From: Longimicrobiales bacterium
GTDB lineage: Bacteria > Gemmatimonadota > Gemmatimonadetes > Longimicrobiales > Gaopeijiaceae
Direction: 5' to 3'
DNA: 64,000 nt
Assembly: GCA_965248195.1 (NCBI GenBank)
Contig: CBDFIQ010000002.1
Coordinates: 2,112,001-2,176,000 of the forward strand
Shown here: positions 59,421 to 64,000 of the stretch, in pieces
Layout: each line of letters opens with the position of its first letter
Numbering within the stretch: position 1 is the stretch's first letter
Notes under the pieces: generated by a model
Told to the model about the DNA's origin: nothing
The model's database searches: none
What the model saw: only the letters and a program-made list of their open reading frames with translations
Translations under genes and position numbers: made by a program

Positions 59421-60095
59421 TTAGACCTCGTGATCTCGGATATACGGGATCAGGGCCAGAAAACGAGCCCGCTTGATCGCCCGTCCGAGCTGACGCTGAA
59501 AACGGGCGGTGACCTTCGTGGTTCGCTTCGGCAGGATCTTGCCCTGCTCGGTCATGAACTGCGAAAGCGTCGAGACATCCTTGTAATTGAGAAGCTCGAT
59601 GACCGGTCCCTCCATGCGGCGACGGCGTCCGCGACCTCCACTGAACTCCGGGGGACTGAAGCCCCTAGCACCATCATCCTCTTCGCTCGAGGGATCCTCA
59701 CCGGACCCACGATCCTCTTCAGCTTCCTTGTCGCCGTGGTCGTCATCATCGTCCGCGTCGGCGCGGGAGGGAGGCGCTGCCCCGAGCAGGGAGTGCCCAG
59801 TCGTCGGCTCTCCCTCATTGAGCACGATCAAATATCGAAGGAGCTCCGCGTCGAGCCTGAGCACGCGCTCGAATTCCGGAAGCCCGTCCACTTCGGCCCG
59901 GACCTGGGCAACGACGTAAAACCCGCTGTTCTGCTTCCTGACCGGGTAGGCCATTTGCCGCGTACCCCAATGATCGACGGCAACGACCTCACCAATTTTC
60001 CCGACCACCAGAGGATGAAACTTCTCTAGCTTCTTGTTGACGCTGTCCTCGTCGAGGGTGGCGTCGAAGATGTAGACGATCTCGTACAAGCGCAT
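59421..60095 (-). CDS. rpsF-rpsR: Fused 30S ribosomal proteins S6 and S18
   Basis: N-terminal S6 (RLYE, HWG.RQMAYPV, GFY, LLRYL), acidic linker, C-terminal S18 (NYKD..L..F..E.GKILP.R.T......QR.L..AIKRAR.LAL.PY); no stop between. Confidence 0.92.
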   Translation of the reverse strand: MRLYEIVYIFDATLDEDSVNKKLEKFHPLVVGKIGEVVAVDHWGTRQMAYPVRKQNSGFYVVAQVRAEVDGLPEFERVLRLDAELLRYLIVLNEGEPTTGHSLLGAAPPSRADADDDDDHGDKEAEEDRGSGEDPSSEEDDGARGFSPPEFSGGRGRRRRMEGPVIELLNYKDVSTLSQFMTEQGKILPKRTTKVTARFQRQLGRAIKRARFLALIPYIRDHEV

Positions 60096-60216
60096 GTCGA
60101 TTCTCCCACGGTCCGCTTGAAAATACGGGCTCCGCCGATCCGACGGAGCGGGATGAGCCACCTAATATAGGCTGTGGCTCATTCTTGGGTACCCCGGTTG
60201 GCACCTGGGTGGGGCC

Positions 60217-62334
60217 CTACCCCAACAGGCGCGCAACCCAGCCCGCGAGCGTGGACACTTGGCCCCCCACATCGAGGTCGTGGACCCGCACGAACCATGG
60301 TGCCAATACCAACGAAACCACACTCATCAATTTGATCAGGATGTTCAAAGACGGCCCCGACGTATCCTTGAACGGGTCTCCCACGGTATCCCCGACGACC
60401 GCGGCCTTGTGGGGCTCGGAGCCCTTCCCACCGTGGGCACCGGCCTCGATCATCTTCTTGGCGTTGTCCCACGCACCGCCCGCGTTGGCCATGAAGAGAG
60501 CCATGAGCACGCCCGTCACGGTGGCTCCGGCGAGGAGGCCTCCAAGGGCCTCGACACCGAGCACCCGACCCACGACGACCGGAGCGAGAATGGCGGTTAC
60601 GCCCGGAACGATCATTTCCCGAAGCGCGGCATCTGTCGAGATCGCCACGCAGCGGGCGGAGTCCGGCTGCTCGGTCCCGTCCATGATGCCCGGCCTTTCA
60701 CGGAACTGCCGCCGGACCTCCTCGACCATCCCCTGCGCCGCGCGCCCGACGGCCGTCATCGTGAGGGCCGCGATGAAGAAAGGTAGCGTCCCGCCAATGA
60801 ACAACCCGATCACGACCAACGGATTCACGAGGTCGATGCCGGTTTGGTCCAGCCCCACCTTGCTGGCGAAGGCAGAGAAGAGCGCGAGCGCGGTGAGGGC
60901 GGCAGAGCCAATGGCGAAACCCTTGCCCTGAGCCGCAGTAGTATTCCCGATCGCGTCCAGGGAGTCCGTGATCGCCCGGGTTTCCGCTCCCAGGCCACTC
61001 ATCTCGCTGATTCCGCCCGCATTGTCAGCGATCGGACCGTAGGCGTCGACGGACATAGTCACGCCGACAGTCGCCAGCATCCCAACCGCCGCAATGCCGA
61101 TCCCGTACAGGCCGGCCGATTGGAAGGAGGCGTAGATCCCGACACAGATGAGAAGCATGGGAACGGCCGTAGACTCCATACCTACGGCCAGTCCGGTGAT
61201 CAGGTTTGTCGCCGCCCCGGTCTTGCTGGCTTCTGCAATCTTTCGGACCGGCTTCATGGATGTGTAGTACTCGGTGACCAAACCGATGGCCGTACCGACC
61301 AGTGTTCCAGCCAAAATCGCGAACCAGGGTCCGAGAGCCGGATAACTCCGGCCATCAACCACCATCCTGAAGTCCATCGAACGCACTACGAAGAACATCG
61401 CCAACAGGAAAAGGCCGGCGGCGATGAAGGTGACGTTCCGTAGCGCCGCTGCCGGATCCGTGCGCTCCAGCACCTTCATCATGCCGATGCCGACGAGCGA
61501 AGCAAGCAGCCCAGCCATGACCGTCACGATGGGGAGCGCTATAGCGTTTCCGACGCTCCCTGCGAGAGCGGCTGAAGTGGCTGCGATTGCGATCGTGGCG
61601 ATCACGGACCCCACGTATGACTCGAAGATGTCGGCGCCCATGCCGGCGACGTCTCCGACGTTGTCGCCCACGTTGTCTGCGATGGTGGCCGGGTTGCGTG
61701 GATCATCCTCCGGAATACCGACTTCGACCTTGCCCACTAGATCCGCTCCGACATCGGCCGCCTTCGTGTAGATACCGCCTCCGACGCGAGCGAACAGGGC
61801 GATCGTGCTCGCACCCATCGCAAAGCCGGAGACGATCTCGGCAAACCGCGAGTGCTCCGAGGCTCCGATGGCCCCGGCTCCGTACCACCAGTAAATCGCT
61901 CCAATTCCCACGAGGCCGAGTGCTGCCACCGAGAGTCCCATGACGGCCCCACCAAAGAAGGCGACTCGAAGTGCCTTGCCCGTGCCCTCCTGGTTCGCGG
62001 CGGCCGAAGTCCGAACGTTCGCCCTGGTGGCGGACTTCATGCCGAAGAATCCTGCCATGACCGAGCAGAAAGCACCGATGAGGTACGCCACGGCCGTGGG
62101 AGGGGAAATGGCCCACGCCAGCCCAGCCGCAACCGCTGCCACGGCAACCGCCAACATGGAGTACTCGCGGCGGAGAAAGGCCATAGCCCCGTCATGGATC
62201 TGCTCAGCGATGGCCTCCATCGCCTCACTCCCACTGGGCTGGCCCTTTACGTAACGATAGGTAAAGCCGGCCAGAGCCAGGCCGCCGAGGCCCACAGCCC
62301 ACGCCCAGCTCGAAATTGTCACGAAATCAATCAT
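60217..62334 (-). CDS. hppA: Membrane-integral pyrophosphatase, K+-dependent type, probably Na+-translocating
   Basis: [38 protein letters not shown] (Ala at the A/K determinant), [16 protein letters not shown]. Confidence 0.93.
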   Translation of the reverse strand: MIDFVTISSWAWAVGLGGLALAGFTYRYVKGQPSGSEAMEAIAEQIHDGAMAFLRREYSMLAVAVAAVAAGLAWAISPPTAVAYLIGAFCSVMAGFFGMKSATRANVRTSAAANQEGTGKALRVAFFGGAVMGLSVAALGLVGIGAIYWWYGAGAIGASEHSRFAEIVSGFAMGASTIALFARVGGGIYTKAADVGADLVGKVEVGIPEDDPRNPATIADNVGDNVGDVAGMGADIFESYVGSVIATIAIAATSAALAGSVGNAIALPIVTVMAGLLASLVGIGMMKVLERTDPAAALRNVTFIAAGLFLLAMFFVVRSMDFRMVVDGRSYPALGPWFAILAGTLVGTAIGLVTEYYTSMKPVRKIAEASKTGAATNLITGLAVGMESTAVPMLLICVGIYASFQSAGLYGIGIAAVGMLATVGVTMSVDAYGPIADNAGGISEMSGLGAETRAITDSLDAIGNTTAAQGKGFAIGSAALTALALFSAFASKVGLDQTGIDLVNPLVVIGLFIGGTLPFFIAALTMTAVGRAAQGMVEEVRRQFRERPGIMDGTEQPDSARCVAISTDAALREMIVPGVTAILAPVVVGRVLGVEALGGLLAGATVTGVLMALFMANAGGAWDNAKKMIEAGAHGGKGSEPHKAAVVGDTVGDPFKDTSGPSLNILIKLMSVVSLVLAPWFVRVHDLDVGGQVSTLAGWVARLLG

Positions 62335-62388
62335 CGGGTTCCTTTTGCTGATACCCTGTTGGCGGCGCCCGCACCGAATTTGAGCGGG

Positions 62389-62952
62389 TCACCGATTGAA
62401 CTGGTTCATCACCTCTTCGATACCGTCACGCACCCAGACTTCCACGGCCTCACTCAACTCGGGGAGAAGCCCGACGACCGTGGACTCGTCGGCCTCACTC
62501 ATCGGCGACAGGACCCAATCGGACAGGTCGGCTCCCTCGGGCATCATTCCGACACCCACCCGCAGACGGGCGTACGCGTCCGTACCCAGCGTCCCGGAGA
62601 CCGACTTCAAGCCCTTGTGTCCCCCGGAGCCTCCCTCCGGTCGGAACCGTACACGGCCCACATCCAGCGTCGCATCATCGACCACAAGGAGAAGGTCGGA
62701 CTCGAAATCGCATTCCTCGAGCCCATCCACGCCGACGAGCGCGGCTCCGCTTCGGTTCATGAACGTGGTCGGCTTGATCAAGAGTACTGAAGTGTCCCCT
62801 ACCGATCCGCCCGTCCGCAGGCTTCGGCCTTCCTTTTCAAAAGAGCCGAATCCCCAGTCATACGCGAGCCGGTCGACGACCCACCAACCGACATTGTGGC
62901 GCGTGTCGTCGAAGCGGGGCCCAGGGTTGCCGAGCCCGACTACAACCTTCAC
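62389..62952 (-). CDS. pth: Peptidyl-tRNA hydrolase
   Basis: VGLGNPG...TRHNVG, KPTTFMN.SG, GGH.GLKS. Confidence 0.96.
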   Translation of the reverse strand: MKVVVGLGNPGPRFDDTRHNVGWWVVDRLAYDWGFGSFEKEGRSLRTGGSVGDTSVLLIKPTTFMNRSGAALVGVDGLEECDFESDLLLVVDDATLDVGRVRFRPEGGSGGHKGLKSVSGTLGTDAYARLRVGVGMMPEGADLSDWVLSPMSEADESTVVGLLPELSEAVEVWVRDGIEEVMNQFNR

Positions 62953-62973
62953 GTCCCGACCGTCGAGAAGAGA

Positions 62974-63666
62974 TCAGCGTTCCGAGTCTTCTTCCGCCGC
63001 CGCAGCGCCATCCTCCCCAGCCACCTCTTCGGCACCTTCCTCACCCTCGGCAACTTCCTCACCCTCGATACCTTCCTCAATCTCCTCCTCTTCCTCTTCC
63101 TCTTCCCTCGGAGCCGACACTAGACAGATCGTCTGGCCTGGATCCGTCAGGAGCTCGACGCCTTCCTCCATCGAGATTTCGCTGGCATGGATCGAATCAC
63201 CGATGTTCAACGCCGAGATTTCGATCTCGATGGTATCGGGGATCAGGGAAGGAAGACACTTCACTCGAAGCTCATGGAGGATCACTTCTAGGATGCCGCC
63301 ATCCCGCACGCCTTGGGGGGTGCCGACGTAGTTGGCCGGAATATCGACTTCGAGGGCCACGCCCCGCTCGATGCAGTAGAAGTCCACATGGACGATGTCG
63401 GGGCGATAGGCGTGCATTTGGATTTCCCGCACCAGGGTCTCCAACTCCTCCTTGTCATCATCGATGCGAACGTTGACGATCGTGTTCTCCACCGAGATGG
63501 AATGAAACAGATGGAGCGCCTCCCTCGCGTCGAGCGTGAGCGAGATCGTCTCTTGATCCTTTCCGTAGAGCACCGCCGGAACCTGTCCGGCCGTGCGAAG
63601 TCGTCTTGCCACACCCTTCCCGGTTTCGTGCCGACGTCTTGCCGTCAGTCCTGTCTTGACTGTCAT
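62974..63666 (-). CDS. rplY: 50S ribosomal protein L25 (Ctc form, acidic tail)
   Basis: GK..ARRLR..G.VPAVLYG, HVDF, G...GG.L, L.IGDSI. Confidence 0.95.
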   Translation of the reverse strand: MTVKTGLTARRRHETGKGVARRLRTAGQVPAVLYGKDQETISLTLDAREALHLFHSISVENTIVNVRIDDDKEELETLVREIQMHAYRPDIVHVDFYCIERGVALEVDIPANYVGTPQGVRDGGILEVILHELRVKCLPSLIPDTIEIEISALNIGDSIHASEISMEEGVELLTDPGQTICLVSAPREEEEEEEEIEEGIEGEEVAEGEEGAEEVAGEDGAAAAEEDSER

Positions 63667-63705
63667 CTTCCCTATTCCTGCTCCGTTGTTTTGGTCCTGA
63701 GCCGG

Positions 63706-64000
63706 TCACGCACCGGAATCAGCTTCGGCCGCCATCTCGAAGAGCTGGCTCACCGATTTGTTTTCGTGAACACATTCGATTGCGGTCGCGAACAGGCTGG
63801 CAACCGACAAAATCTTGAGGCGATTAAATCGCCTTTCCTCCGGGACGTGGATCGTATTGGTCACCACGAATTCCTCCAGTGGCGCTGCTGCGAGCTTCTC
63901 GGCCGCAGAGCCCGAGAGGAGCGCGTGCGTCGCTCCCGCAAAAACCTTCGTCGCCCCACGATCCTTTAGAGCTACGACCGCGTTGGCGAGTGTGCCGCCC
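63706..64000 (-). CDS. prs: Ribose-phosphate pyrophosphokinase, 3' part
   Basis: Manual translation GGTLANA...GA..VFAGATHALLSG...VVTNTI...SVSQLF; upstream of rplY. Confidence 0.92.
   Translation of the reverse strand, partial: GGTLANAVVALKDRGATKVFAGATHALLSGSAAEKLAAAPLEEFVVTNTIHVPEERRFNRLKILSVASLFATAIECVHENKSVSQLFEMAAEADSGA

Overview
GC-rich bacterial chromosomal segment, mostly minus-strand core genes. Gene order (rplM-rpsI-rpsB-tsf-pyrH-frr-uppS-cdsA; ffs-dnaX-ybaB-recR-mglA-pgsA-cinA-grpE-dnaJ; prs-rplY-pth-hppA-rpsF/rpsR-DUF2232-rplI-rsfS-smc), bshB1 and a short region-1.1-less sigma70 suggest Gemmatimonadota (inference, not a database result). A more accessory-looking block at about 11.5-27 kb holds MscS, a LOG/SLOG protein, a frameshifted Ser/Thr kinase, a DUF222/HNH gene, comM, an amidase and a split pnt operon. 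Most notable observations: (1) ribosomal proteins S6 and S18 are encoded as one fused ORF; (2) a degenerate CpsD/MinD-like domain + acidic linker + TM + SPOR-like protein is translationally coupled to smc; (3) a DUF222/HNH gene is bracketed by, and contains, perfect palindromes sharing the core TTTCCGCGGAAA; (4) a 319-bp MITE-like element sits in the 5' end of cdsA and offers it an in-frame RBS/start; (5) the SRP RNA lacks the canonical GNRA tetraloop; (6) several eroded gene ghosts (rlmH, probably mglB, possibly a MarR gene). No tRNA, rRNA or CRISPR array was seen. All family assignments are from motif recognition by eye.
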